DNA of 63,444 bases, filler included, from Callorhinchus milii (GCF_018977255.1; 16 parts of 12 records of this genome joined end to end with filler, not necessarily neighbours in it); one strand, 5' to 3'; positions 51,803 to 63,100 are shown, counted from the whole stretch's first letter. The notes: generated by a model from the sequence alone, not told the origin. Made by a program: numbers and translations.

Positions 51803-54800
51803 ATGGCTTCTCAACACCAGACTGACAGTCTGACCGAGGAGTTAAAATGTTCGGTTTGTCTGGATCTCTTTACTGACCCGGTCACCCTGGATTGTGGCCA
51901 CAACTTTTGCCGCTCCTGTATCACACAGAGCTGGGAAAACAGGGAGAGCAAAGCCTGTCCCGAATGCAGAACAGTCTTTGCCAACAGTATTATGAGGGGC
52001 AACTGGAGCCTGGCGAGGATGGTGGAGAAAGCTCATCAGCTGAACATAGCCCCAGTGAAGACGGGAAGAAAACTTCACTGTGAGGAGCATCAGGAGGAAC
52101 TGAAGCTGTTCTGTGAAACAGACAAGAAACTGATGTGTGTGATTTGCAGAGACGCCCGAGAACACAGAACCCACAGCTTCATCCCCGTAGCGGAGGCTGT
52201 TCAGATCTATAAGGTAAAAGGCACCAGACAGTCAATCGGGCTCAGTCTGATCTAATTCTCTGTTTGGTTAATCAAGATTTTTCTAACAGTTTCTATTTAA
52301 TAGCAGGATAAAGTGAACTCCTCCTTAGCTTCTCTCACACAGAGGAAGGCCGCGGCTCTAGAAGCTGAAGGGAAACAGAAAGAAAAGATTTCACAAGTGA
52401 AGGTAAGTTGTGTCGGGGCTGATGTCTGGGCTCTCAGTCGTGTGTCTCTCTTTACTGTGCATAGTGCGATGTCTGACGCTTCATTTGCAGGAACAGACGG
52501 ACAGTCTGGAGAACCACATCATGGCTGAGTTTGCCAAAATGCACCAGAGCCTCACTGACAGAGAGCAGCGTGTGATCCGAGAGCTCAGACAGCGAGAGGA
52601 GGAGGTTTTACACCGAATGGAGAAAAATCTGGTAGAGATTCGGGGCAAATTAGTTTCTGTTCAGCAAAAGCTCTCAGAGTTACAGAAACAGATGGAAAAA
52701 GACGCTGTCACCTTTCTGCAGGTAAAGAGATGAAATTATCTTGACATTCTGTCCATCTGCGACCAGGACTCCCTCTCCCTTCCGTCCTCTCTGCTGCCTT
52801 CGACACCGTCGACCACTCTATCTTCATCCACCACCTCTCCTCTCACCTCAACCTTTACGGCGCTGTCCTTGACTGGTTCAGATCGTACCTCTCACACCGC
52901 CTCCAATTCATCTCCACAAACGCCTTCTCCTCTAACCCCCACACCATCTTGTCTGGCTTTCCTCAGGGCTCTGTCCTTGGTCCCCTCCTCTTCAATATCT
53001 GTATGCTCCCTCTTGGTGAAATCACCCGCAGACATGGGGTCAAATTCCACACGTATGCGGATGACACCCAACGGTATCTCTCTGCCTCCACCCGTGACTC
53101 CAGATCCACTGCTGTCCTGACAGAATGTCTGTCAGACATCAAGTCCTGGATCAGCGCTAATATTCTTCAGTTGAACGACAACAAGACCGAGGCGCTCCTG
53201 ATTGGCCCCCGTCAGCGTCGACACACCTCAGGCGCTGAGAGCATCACCATCCATGGTTGCACACTCCACCTTACTAGGCCAGTCCGGAACCTATCACACC
53301 CATCCTCGCCCGACTCCACTGGCTTCCCATCACACAGAGGATACAGTTCAAAATCCTGGTCCTCACCTAAAGGCCCTCCATGGCCGCGCTCCCCACAAGC
53401 TCTGCGACCTCCGAACCCCCTACCATCCTGATCGCTCCCTCCGCTCAGCTGCCCCACGTCCCCGGCCCTGCTCGCCCCACGTCCCCCGCCCTGCTCGCCC
53501 CACTATTGGCTGGCGGGCACTCTGCCCACGCCCTCTGGAACTCCACCCCGCAGTCCACCCGCCGTGCCCCCTCCCTTGCCTGCTTGAAGACTCATCTCCG
53601 GACCCTCCTCCCTGACCATGCGTTTGATCACCCACTTCTCCCCGAGCCCTCCAACCGCCCCGATCCCGACTCCCAGCTCGGGTCTGAAACTCTGACTGTC
53701 CAGTGCCTTGGGACATCCTCCCGATGTGAAAGGCGCTTTACAAATGTAATTTTGTTGTTGTATAATTTAGTTCAGTAAAAGGTACACACAGTCTGTCGCA
53801 GAAAGTCAGAGTCTGACTGTTAAACAGCCCAGTGATTTTATTGATTATTTGGTATAATCTGATTGAGACTTTGCTGCTGTGGAGTTCTATTCTGTGTTTC
53901 TGAGTTTATAATGTGGTGTCTCAGTGTGAGCTCAGATCTGTCTGTGTTTTATTTCATTAGGAGGAAGCGGCTCGGAAGAGAAGGTATGAAATGTTCTTCA
54001 CAAAATATCCCCAGAATTTACTGCACAAACCAAACACAATGTGTAGTTTCACTTTATAATGTGAACGTCTCTTGTTTCAGGATCAGTGATGAGGAATTTA
54101 CAGTGTCAGTGTCTGAGGGGGATCTGCCGGTGGGGATATACAAATGGCCTCTGAGGAACATCGTCTGGAGAGAGCTGATGGACAGCATCTGCCCAGGTAT
54201 ATGTCTCCCATTCTCAGACTGAAGGTGTGTGAGTATCTGACAGTCACCTGATCCTCACAAACTAAACATTGTTGGTGATGAGATGTCACTGCAACACAGC
54301 GCAGAGCTCTGTACTCTTGTAGTTACCGCGTTACCGTCAGTAGGAGGCCCTGTGTGAGCGTTTTCACCGATATTGACCCGTCACACTGACCCCAACGCCC
54401 GCTGCTGGCGACGGGACACCATCAGTGCTGTTTGTCCTGTGTTCAGCAACTGACCCTCTGACCACCAGCTCACACACCGCCCCCTAGTGCCCGCCCTCGC
54501 TCCTGATGCCCCCCCCCCCCCCCCCTCGCCCCCCACCGCTCCGCCACCCCCTCACTCCACTCTGTCTTATTTCTCTCTCAGCTCCGGCCGCTCTGACTCT
54601 GGATCCTGACACAGCCCATCCCCGGCTCATCCTGTCTGAGGACCTGACCAGTGTGAGACACGGAGACAAAGAGCAGCCGCTCCCTGACTCCCCGAAGAGG
54701 TTCAGTTACTATCTCATCGTCCTGGGATCTGAGGGCTTCACATCAGGGAGACATTACTGGGAGGTGCAGGTGGGCAACAAGACAATGTGGACTGTGGGAG

Positions 54801-55117
54801 TGGCCACAGAGTCTGTCAACAAGAAACAACCGACCACTTGGTCACCAGAGGGTGGGGTCTGGGGTGTGGGGATGGGTGGTGGGGTCCATGTGGCTCTGAC
54901 CTCACCCCCCACCCTCCTGCCCCTGACAGTGAGACCCGAGAAGATCGGGATTTTCCTGGACTATGAGGGGGGACAGGTGTCATTTTACAACGCTGACAAC
55001 ATGTCCCTTCTCCACACTTTCACCCACACTTTCACTGAGAAGCTTTATCCTCTCCTCAGTCCCCACCAGAGCGATGGCGGGAAAAACTCTGAGCCGCTGA
55101 GAATCTGCCGATTATAG
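51803..55117 (+). CDS. Tripartite-motif protein, RING-B-box2-coiled coil-PRY/SPRY, 470 aa, copy 2
   Basis: Exons 51803-52213, 52307-52402, 52491-52721, 53961-53983, 54081-54196, 54582-55117. GT-AG introns; 1413 nt in frame; same domains as copy 1. Confidence 0.95.
52740..53760 (+). mobile_element. Decayed L2-clade LINE in TRIM intron 3, copy 2, with 3' tail
   Basis: YADDTQ RT motif; ends GGGACATCCTCCGATGTGAAAGGCGCTTTACAAATGTAATT(TTG)n. Confidence 0.9.
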
Positions 55118-55755
55118 CACATTAACAGTGACGTGGTTTTACTTCAGTTTCCGTGTGGTTCACTGTCTGCCGTTTAAGGGGATACGGGGTGGGAGCAGGC
55201 GATGTGGGGGTGGGGGGGGATTACGGGAGAAGATAGACGTTTGTTTCTGCTGTTGACCTTTCTGTTGTGTTTGGGAGATTTTGAACTTAACAAAACTTTG
55301 CATTTCATGTTAAGTAATGTAATTTTCAAACCGAAATTGCTGAGTGTCTTTGGTTCCTCTGTTCACGGCTCCTTATTCAAAGGAAGGCTATAAAGAATAA
55401 GTTGGTCTTATTCTGCTCATTGCGCAGAACCCAACAGTTTGCGACTGGATTCAACCCAATGTAGTAATTGCTTCAAATGAAATAAATGGGTCGCTTCAAT
55501 CCACGACTGTTTACGGGACGCTGCTGTGCGCAATTGGCTGCCGCGTTTCGCCCCCAAAGTGTGTACAGTCGATTCACTTAACAGTAAACCCTGTGAAGCG
55601 CTTTGAGACGTCTGGAAGATGTGATCAGGTGCTATATCAAATGCAAGGATTATAATATAAGTTTAGACTCCCAAACCCGGTCACACACCAGGTCAACGGG
55701 AATCGGAAAGCTCAGTTGGACATACTGCAGGAAGCTTATGAGCGGGGAAGTGGGT

Positions 55756-56979
55756 AGGAGAGAGAGAGAGAGAGCGCCAGAGAGGTGGGGGTAAGGGGAG
55801 AGAGAGAGAGAGAGAGCCAGAGAGGTGGGGTTAAGGGGAGAGAGAGAGAGAGAGGAGCAGAGAGGTGGGGTAGGGGAGAGAGAGAGAGAGCGCCAGAGAG
55901 GTGGGGGTAAGGGGAGAGAGAGAGAGAGCGCCAGAGAGGTGGGGGTAAGGGGAGAGAGAGAGAGCGCCAGAGAGTGGGGTAAGGGGAGAGAGAGAGAGCA
56001 CCAGAGAGGTGGGGTAAGGGGAGAGAGAGAGAGCGCCAGAGAGGTGGGGGTAAGGGAGAGAGAGAGCACCAGAGAGGTGGGGTAGGGGAGAGAGGAAGAG
56101 CGCCAGAGAGGTGGGGGTAAAGGGGAGAGAGAGAGAGAGAGAGCCAGAGAGGTGGGGTAAGGGAGAGAGAGAGAGAGCGCCAGAGAGGTGGGGTAAGGGG
56201 AGAGAGAGAGAGAGAGAGCGCCAGAGAGGTGGGGGTAAGGGGAGAGAGAGAGAGCGCCAGAGAGGTGGGGGTAAGGGGAGAGAGAGAGAGCACCAGAGAG
56301 GTGGGGGTAAGGGGAGAGAGAGAGAGCGCCAGAGAGGTGGGGGTAAGGGGAGAGAGAGAGAGAGAGAGCCAGAGAGGTGGGGTAAGGGGAGAGAGAGAGA
56401 GCGCCAGAGAGGTGGGGGTAAGGGAGAGAGAGAGAGAGAGCGCCAGAGAGGTGGGGGTAAGGGGAGAGAGAGAGAGAGAGAGAGCGCCAGAGAGGTGGGG
56501 GTAAGGGGAGAGAGAGAGAGAGAGCGCCAGAGAGGTGGGGTAGAGGGAGAGAGAGAGAGAGAGCGCCAGAGAGGTGGGGGTAAGGGGAGAGAGAGAGAGC
56601 GCCAGAGAGGTGGGGTAAGGGGAGAGAGAGAGCCCAGAGAGGTGGGGTAAGGGAGAGAGAGAGAGAGAGAGCCAGAGAGGTGGGGTAAGGGAGAGAAGAG
56701 AGAGAGCGCCAGAGAGGTGGGGGTAAGGGGAGAGAGAGAGAGAGAGAGCCAGAGAGGTGGGGGTAAGGGGAGAGAGAGAGAGAGAGAGCCAGAGAGGTGG
56801 GGGTAAGGGGAGAGAGAGAGAGAGCGCCAGAGAGGTGGGGGTAAGGGGAGAGAGAGAGAGAGAGCGCCAGAGAGGTGGGGTAAGGGGAGAGAGAGAGAGC
56901 GCCAGAGAGGTGGGGGTAACGGGGAGAGAGAGAGAGAGCGCCAGAGAGGTGGGGGTAAGGGGAGAGAGAGAGAGAGCGC
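55756..56979. repeat. Purine-rich minisatellite, ~34-42 bp units: (GA)n-GCGCCAGAGAGGTGGGGGTAAGGG
   Basis: Seen directly; runs to the contig end. Confidence 0.93.
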
Positions 56980-57284
56980 NNNNNNNNNNNNNNNNNNNNN
57001 NNNNNNNNNNNNNNNNNNNNNNNTTAATTAATTAANNNNNNNNNNNNNNNNNNNNNNNNNNNNNNNNNNNNNNNNNNNNAATTGGTTCATCCAATTGATT
57101 TCATTTACTATCCCATTCTGGCAGCCCTTGAGGTCCCCGGCACGCCATTACATCACTTCCTCTTGAGCTGAATGGTCTTTTCGTTTATTAATTGTCTTTT
57201 CGTGAGTCTTTGTACGTAAGATGTGTGAAATGACATGTTTGGTACCCGTTAACCCATTTAATGCACGTGTTGTCTCCATGCTCT

Positions 57285-57900
57285 GAGCTAATTGCGGTAT
57301 TCCATGGTACGAAGCGCTTGAGTTATGAGGAGACAATCGAGAATTTGGGCCTTAAAATAATCATTGAATTTATCACGTCGCCACTAAGTCGTGGTGCGCT
57401 TCACATGGTTTGCTGTACTGTTGAGTGACTGTGAGTTTTGTGGGCAAAACAACGGCAGCCAGGTTGAGAGCTGTGGTGTCCCACAAGTAGGCATTGACTG
57501 AGCCACCATTTTCCATCTGGAGGATTGTTGGCAAGGATACGAGAGAAATATGCTCCCTTCTTTTTTTGAATTATGTCATGGAATCATTTTCATCCATCTG
57601 AATAGTCCAACGGGACCTTGGTTTACAATTGCATCTGAAGGACGGCACCCCAGGCAGTGCAACCCACCCACCAGCGCTGGATTGAAGCGCCACCTTAGAC
57701 TATTCCATGTCCGGAAGTGGGTCTTCAACCCAGAAATGCCTGACTCAACACGGAGAGTGCTACCATTGAGCCATGCTGCCATGTGACATGTTCTATTTGG
57801 AGCATGAAAGGGTTGAGAAGGGACCTGTTAGAGGTGTCCACAATGACGAAGCGTGGGCTTCGTAGGGATAAATAGTGAGCGGCTGTTTTTGGCGGAGAAT
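57285..57900 (+). mobile_element. Old CR1 LINE ORF2 C-terminal fragment split by a SINE insertion
   Basis: GTKRLSYEETIENLGL (~57306-57353) resumes after the SINE as FYLE...RDLLEVSTM (~57791-57850), matching the CR1 pattern LSYEERL..LGLFSLE.RRLRGDLIEV.KIM. Confidence 0.6.
57360..57780 (-). mobile_element. Old full-length Deu-type SINE (SacSINE1-like)
   Basis: Minus strand begins GCAGCATGGCTCAATGGTAGCACTCTCC..TGAGTCAG..TGGGTTGAAGACCCACT, continues GTGCCGTCCTTCAGATG..TAAACCAAGGTCCC and ends in a degenerate body and tail. Family name is from recall. Confidence 0.68.
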
Positions 57901-58074
57901 AGTTTCCAGATCGTGGCAAGAAGAGTTTTTACTTTGCTCACTCGGTGAGGTCATCCTGAAATGAGGTGACTAACTCCATACTAACGGATTTTTAAATTTA
58001 CGGTTAACTATTTCCTTTCGTATTCTATTCCCCCAATTCATAAAATCAGATTTAATTTGATATTTTGATGGTTT

Positions 58075-58340
58075 GGACCACCGTTCACGATTTATGTGCA
58101 TTGACCTAAATTCCTTTTGCTCTGCTACCCCTTCCACCAATATGTCGCCACCAATATGCAGGCGCTTTCCTTATAATTGCTCCCAAAATATGTAACCTGA
58201 CGTTTGTCCGGATTAAATTTCAGTTGCAATTAATCTGCCCAATCGGCAATGTTTCTGTGCCCCCGAAGTTGCTGACCACCGTCATCACTGATAAATGCAT
58301 TCTTAATTTTTGTGCTATCTACAAATTTAGCGATTTAACT
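58075..58340 (-). mobile_element. Old CR1 LINE reverse transcriptase fragment
   Basis: IAKFVDSTKI...DWAD*LQLKFNPDKRQVTYFG corresponds to the CR1 pattern ISKFADDTK...WA..WQM.FN..KC.V.HFG. Confidence 0.72.
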
Positions 58341-58450
58341 TTTACCACAATCCAGCAGATTTAAAGCAATGTTGCGGATACTGCCATCTGGGCCATTTCT
58401 ATTTACAAAGCTACAATGTGAGCCCTGCAATCCCACACGCTGTTTAATCA

Positions 58451-58622
58451 TAATAATAATAACAATAATAATCATCCTTGCATTTGATATAACGTTTTTC
58501 ACCTCTTCTCGACGTCTCAAAGCACTTCACATAATATGCTGTAAAGTGAATTGACTGTATATTTTTGGGCGAAATGCAGCAGCCAATTGCGCACAGCAGC
58601 GTCCACACAAACAGTCGTGGAT
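58451..58622 (-). mobile_element. SINE 3' half (further fragments at 59585-59670 and ~63120-63205, both minus)
   Basis: Reverse complement of the SINE tail and body. Confidence 0.82.
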
Positions 58623-58869
58623 TATAAGTGAGAGGGCCACAGTGTTGATGAAGGAAACGGTGAGCGAAGACTTAAGCGATCGAGTTGGCGAGGTCCCGGG
58701 ATCCCAGAGAGAGCGAAGTCTCGGAGGGGAGATGCAGATCTCGGGTGTAAGGCCCTATCAGGCCCTATCGGGGCTCGGCGTGTCTCGGGGAGCTAAGGTC
58801 TTGCATAGCAAGTTTAGTGAGTGCGGTCATCGACACGGGCCGCCACCAGGTGTCCAGGTGCAGAGACAA

Positions 58870-59346
58870 AAATTCAAATCTCTGATCCTCACCCTCACCT
58901 ACAAGGCCATTCAGGGCCTCGCTCCCTCCTACATCTCCGACCTACTATCCCCCTCCCTACCTGCCCGTACCCTCCGTTCCTCTGGCTCCGGTCTGCTCCA
59001 CATCCCCCGCCCCAACCGCCCGACCATCGGTGGCCTTCAGCCTCTCAGCCCCGAGGCTCTGGAACTCCATCCCCAGTGCCTTCGCCGCCTCCTCCCTTTC
59101 CTCCTTCAAGGCCGGTCTCAAGACCTTTCTCTTTGATCTTCAGCTCCACTCTCGACTCTCTACCCCCTCCTCACCCCCTTCCTTCCCTCACCCTGACCAT
59201 TTCCCCCTCCTCGCCCCCTCCCTCCCCTCCCCCTGACCATTTCCCCCCCAATGCTCGGGTCCTGACCCAACTGTAGAGCGCCTCGGGATGTCCTCCCGAC
59301 GTGAAAGGCGCTCAATAAATGGAATCTTGTTGTTGTTGTTGTTGTT
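58870..59346 (+). mobile_element. L2 LINE 3' end
   Basis: KFKSLILTLTYKAIQGLAPSYISDLL...RTLRSS...SLSAPRLWNSIP...FKAGLKTFLF, then a C-rich UTR and the tail TCCTCCCGACGTGAAAGGCGCTCAATAAATGGAATC(TTG)n. Confidence 0.88.
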
Positions 59347-59669
59347 GGTGGTGGTTCGGTGTCAGACTCTGACACTGTCGGGCGCCCCACGAGGCTTCCC
59401 CGTGGGAAGGGCACTGTACAAATATACACATAGTTGACAGTAGATTCTCTGTTCATCCTCGATTTAGATATTGATGGCAAAATCCCCAAATGAGCTTTCA
59501 GCCCAAAACCCGCTGCGTCGGAAAAAGATTCCTGAACACTCCGCCAAGTAAATCAGCATTTTCCCCACACCACACAATATACAAATAATAATAACCGTAA
59601 TAATAATCCTCGCATTTGACATAGCGCTTTTCACGTCGGGAGGACGTCCCAAAGCACTTCACAGAACAC

Positions 59670-59925
59670 TTATTATTAATTATTACGGAATATTATTAAT
59701 TATTGCTAATTAATACAGAATATTGTTAATACTTATTAATTATTATTATTGATTGTTATTAATTATTATTAATTGTTGTGATTGTTATTAAGTGTTATTA
59801 ATTATTATGTAACATTTTTAATTATTATTAATTATTTTTTTAAAAAAATATTACTTATTATTATGTATTATTAATTATTGTGTATTATTATTCCTTATTA
59901 ATTATTATGGAATATTTTAATTTCA
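59670..59925. repeat. AT-rich low-complexity tract (TTATTAATTA-like)
   Basis: Seen directly. Confidence 0.85.
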
Positions 59926-59929
59926 TTTA

Positions 59930-60215
59930 TCTGTGACTCTAACCCTGAGCTGGGAGTGTAGTGACTGTGTTACTATGTCTCTAACCCTGAGCTGGGAGTG
60001 TAGTGACTGTGTTACTGTGTCTCTAACCCTGAGCTGGGAGTGTAGTGACTGTGTTACTGTGTCTCTAACCCTGAGCTGGGAGTGTAGTGACTGTGTGTTA
60101 CCGTGACTCCTAACCCTGAGCTGTGAGTGTAGTGACTGTGTGTTACTGCGTCTCTAACTCTGCGCTGGAATGGGAGTGTAGTGACTGTGTGTTACTGCAT
60201 CTTTAACCCTGACCC
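59930..60215 (+). repeat. 42-bp minisatellite, ~6-7 units
   Basis: Unit CTCTAACCCTGAGCTGGGAGTGTAGTGACTGTGTTACTGTGT; TAACCC at 59940, 59982, 60024, 60066. Confidence 0.92.
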
Positions 60216-60391
60216 TGGGGGTCTTACAATGATTATTTTGTTAGGAATAATTAAGATTATACACAATTATCGATACTATTCACTTGATGATTCTGTGCTA
60301 CGTTTAATCCAGTTTCTGGCGATATTAAAAGATTACATTTCACTCGTTTTGTGACCGTTATTCACATCATAATTCATCTATATCAGAAGTA

Positions 60392-61805
60392 TTTTGTGTG
60401 TTTGTGTGTCTGTGTTTCTGAGTGTGTCTGTGAGTGTATGTTTCTGGGGTATGTGAGTGTGTGAGTGTGCGAGTGTGTCTGTCCGTGTGTGTTTCTGGGG
60501 TATGTGAGTGTGTGAGTGTGCACGTGTGTCTGTCCATGTGTGTGTTTCTGGGGTATGTGAGTGTGTGAGTGTGCACGTGTGTCTGTCCGTGTGTGTTTCT
60601 GGTGTATGTGAGTGTGTGTGTGCGCGTGTGTCTGTCCGTGTGTGTTTCTGGTGTGTGTGTCAGTGGGTGTGTGTCTGTGTATGTTTCTGAGTGTGTGTGA
60701 GAGTGCGTGTGTTTCTGTCCGAGTGTGTGCATCTTTGTGTGTGTGTGAGTGTGTGAGTGTCTGTGTGTGTGTGTCAGTATGTGTCTGTGCAGGTGTGAGT
60801 GTGTGTGTGTGTGAGTGTGTGTCTGTGTGAGTGTGTCTGTGTGAGTGAGTTTGTGTGTGGGTGTGAGTGTGTGTTTGTGTGTATCTGTGCACGCGTGTGT
60901 GTGTCAGTGTGTCTGCGCATATGTGTGTATGTAAGTGTATCTGTGTGTGTGTCTGTGTAAGTGTGTGCGTGTGTGTGTGTGTAAATGTATCTGTGAGTGT
61001 GTGTCTGTGTGTGTGAGTGTGTCTGTGTGAGTGAGTGTGTGTGTGGTTGTGAGTGTGTGTGTGGGTGTGAGTGTGTCTGTGTGAGTGTGTCTGTGTGTGG
61101 GTGTGAGTGTGTGTGAATGTGTGTCTGTGTTTAAGTGTGTGTTTGTGCGAGTGTGAGTGTCAGCATGTGCGTGAGTGAGAGGTTCTATGTGTGTGTCTGT
61201 GTGTGTGTCATGTGTGTGTGAGAGTGTGTTTCTGTGTGAGTGAGTGTGTGTCTGTGTGTGTGTGGGTGTGTGTCTGTGTGTGTGTGTCTGTGTGAGTGTG
61301 TTTCTGTGTGAGTGAGTGTGTGTCTGTGTGTGTGTGTCTGTGTGTGAGTGTCTGTGTGAGTGTCTGTGTGTGTGTCTGTGTGTGTTTGTGTGAGTGTCTG
61401 TGTGAGTGTCTGTGTGAGTGCCTGTGTGAGTGTCTCTTTGTGTCTGTGTGTGTGTGTGAATGTGTGTCTGTGTCTGTGTGTGTGTGTGTCTGTGTGTGTG
61501 TGTCTGTGTGTGTGTGAGTGTCTGTGTGAGTGTCTGTGTGTGTGTGTGTGTGTGTCTGTGTCTGTGTGTGTGTGTCTGTGTGTGAGTGTCTGTGTGAGAG
61601 TCTGTGTGTATGTGTAAGTGTCTGTGTGTGTGTGTCTGTGTGTGTGTATGAGTGTCTGTGTGTGAGTGTCTTTGTGAGAGGCTGTGTGTGTGTGAGTGTG
61701 TCTGTGTGTGAGTGTGTGTGTGAGAGTCTGTGTGTGTGTCTGTGTGTGAGTGTCTGTGTGAGAGTCTGTGTGTGTCTGTGTGTGTGTGTGTGAGTGTCTG
61801 TGTGA

Positions 61806-61839
<34 letters not shown>

Positions 61840-62032
61840 CTGTGTGTGAGTGTCTGTGTGAGAGTCTGTGTGTGTGTGAGTGTGTCTGTGTGAGTGAGTG
61901 TGTGTCTGTGAGTGTGTCTGTGTGTGAGTGTCTGTGTGAGAGTCTGTGTGTGTGAGTGTCTGTGTGAGAGTCTGTGTGTGAGTGTCTGTGTGAGAGTCTG
62001 TGTGAGTGTGTGTGTGTGTAAGTGAGTGTGTG
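60392..62032. repeat. Degenerate (GT)n/GTCT/GAGT compound microsatellite
   Basis: Seen directly. Confidence 0.9.
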
Positions 62033-62151
62033 ACACAGCCAAGACCTGCCCTGTTGTGTATTCACACAAGTTCACCACGAAGATCAACGGGTGTGACATC
62101 AGCCACTGTATCGTAGAAATGTTCCCTCTCGAAACCATCATCAGCCTCGAG

Positions 62152-62180
<29 letters not shown>

Positions 62181-62182
<2 letters not shown>

Positions 62183-62558
62183 GGTTAGACACAGTAATGC
62201 ACAGTCACTACACTCCTAGCTCAGGGTTAGAGACCCAGTAATACACAGTCACTTCACTCCCAGCTGAGGGTTAGAGACCCAGTAATACACAGTCACTTCA
62301 CTCCCAGCTCAGGGTTAGAGACACAGTAACGCACAGTCACTTCACTCCCAGCTCAGGGTTAGAGACACAGTAACGCACAGTCACTACACTCCAGCTCAGG
62401 GTTACAGACACAGTAGCACAGTCACTACACTCCCAGCTCAGGGTTAGAGACACAGTAACACAGTCACTGTACTCCCAGCTCAGGGTTAGAGACACAGTAA
62501 CACAGTCACTGTACTCCCAGCTCAGGGTTAGAGACACAGTAACACAGTCACTACACTC
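62181..62558 (-). repeat. Same 42-44-bp minisatellite in inverted orientation, ~9 units
   Basis: Unit GGGTTAGAGACACAGTAACACAGTCACTACACTCCCAGCTCA is the reverse complement of 59930-60215. Confidence 0.92.
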
Positions 62559-62560
62559 AC

Positions 62561-62686
62561 CCACTGAGATCTTTGTGGGGTACAATGTTGGGAGTTGGGG
62601 TCAGATTTGGTGTCAGAGAAACTGAGGTCTTTTCTCGGGAGTTGATCGACACATCACTGTATTGGTTGAGTTCTTTCATCACAAAC
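62561..62686 (-). CDS. Putative internal coding exon of an unidentified gene (126 nt, phase 2-2)
   Basis: On the minus strand: long pyrimidine tract, acceptor ACAG|G, donor GG|GTGAGT. One open frame, FVMKELNQYSDVSINSREKTSVSLTPNLTPTPNIVPHKDLS. Unique sequence between repeats; no homology recognised. Confidence 0.45.
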
Positions 62687-62691
62687 CTGTC

Positions 62692-63100
62692 CCGAGAGAG
62701 GGGGGGGGGGGAGAGAGGAGAGAGGGGGGGGAGGGGGGGGAGAGAGGGGGGAGAGAGGGGCGGGAGGGGAGAGAGAGAGGGGGAGGAGAGAGAGGGGGAG
62801 AGAGCGGTGGGAGGGGGGAGGGGGGAGAGGGGTGGGAGGGGGGGAGAGAGGGGGGAGAAAGGAGGTGTAGGGGGAGGGGGGGAATAGAGGTGGGGGTGGG
62901 AGAGGGGGGAGAGAGAGGGGTAGGGGGGGTGGGGTTGGGGGGGCGGGAGAGGGGGAGAGAGAGAAACACGTCACTATAACTCCCCGAGTGGGGTGGGGTG
63001 GGGGTGGGGTGGGGTGGGGTGGGGTGGGCTGGGGTGGGGTGGGGTGGGGGTGGGGTGGGTGGGGTGGGTAGGAGTGGGGTGGGGTGGGGTGGGGGTGGGG
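62692..63100. repeat. G/A-rich low-complexity tract and (GGGGT)n; (GA)n/GACA follows at 63240-63430
   Basis: Seen directly. Confidence 0.88.

Larger units (their letters stand above)
34491..55755 (+). repeat. Tandem segmental duplication, ~10.8 kb period (34491-44742 vs 45325-55755)
   Basis: The contig start TCATAATAGATGCTGTG recurs at 45325. TRIM ATGs are 10755 nt apart. Homology ends after GGGGAAGTGGGT at 44742/55755. Near-identical outside VNTRs and a few patches. Confidence 0.95.

Noticed and set aside
59940..60215. Interstitial telomere
   Set aside because: Only one CTAACCC per 42-bp unit and no (TTAGGG)n run.
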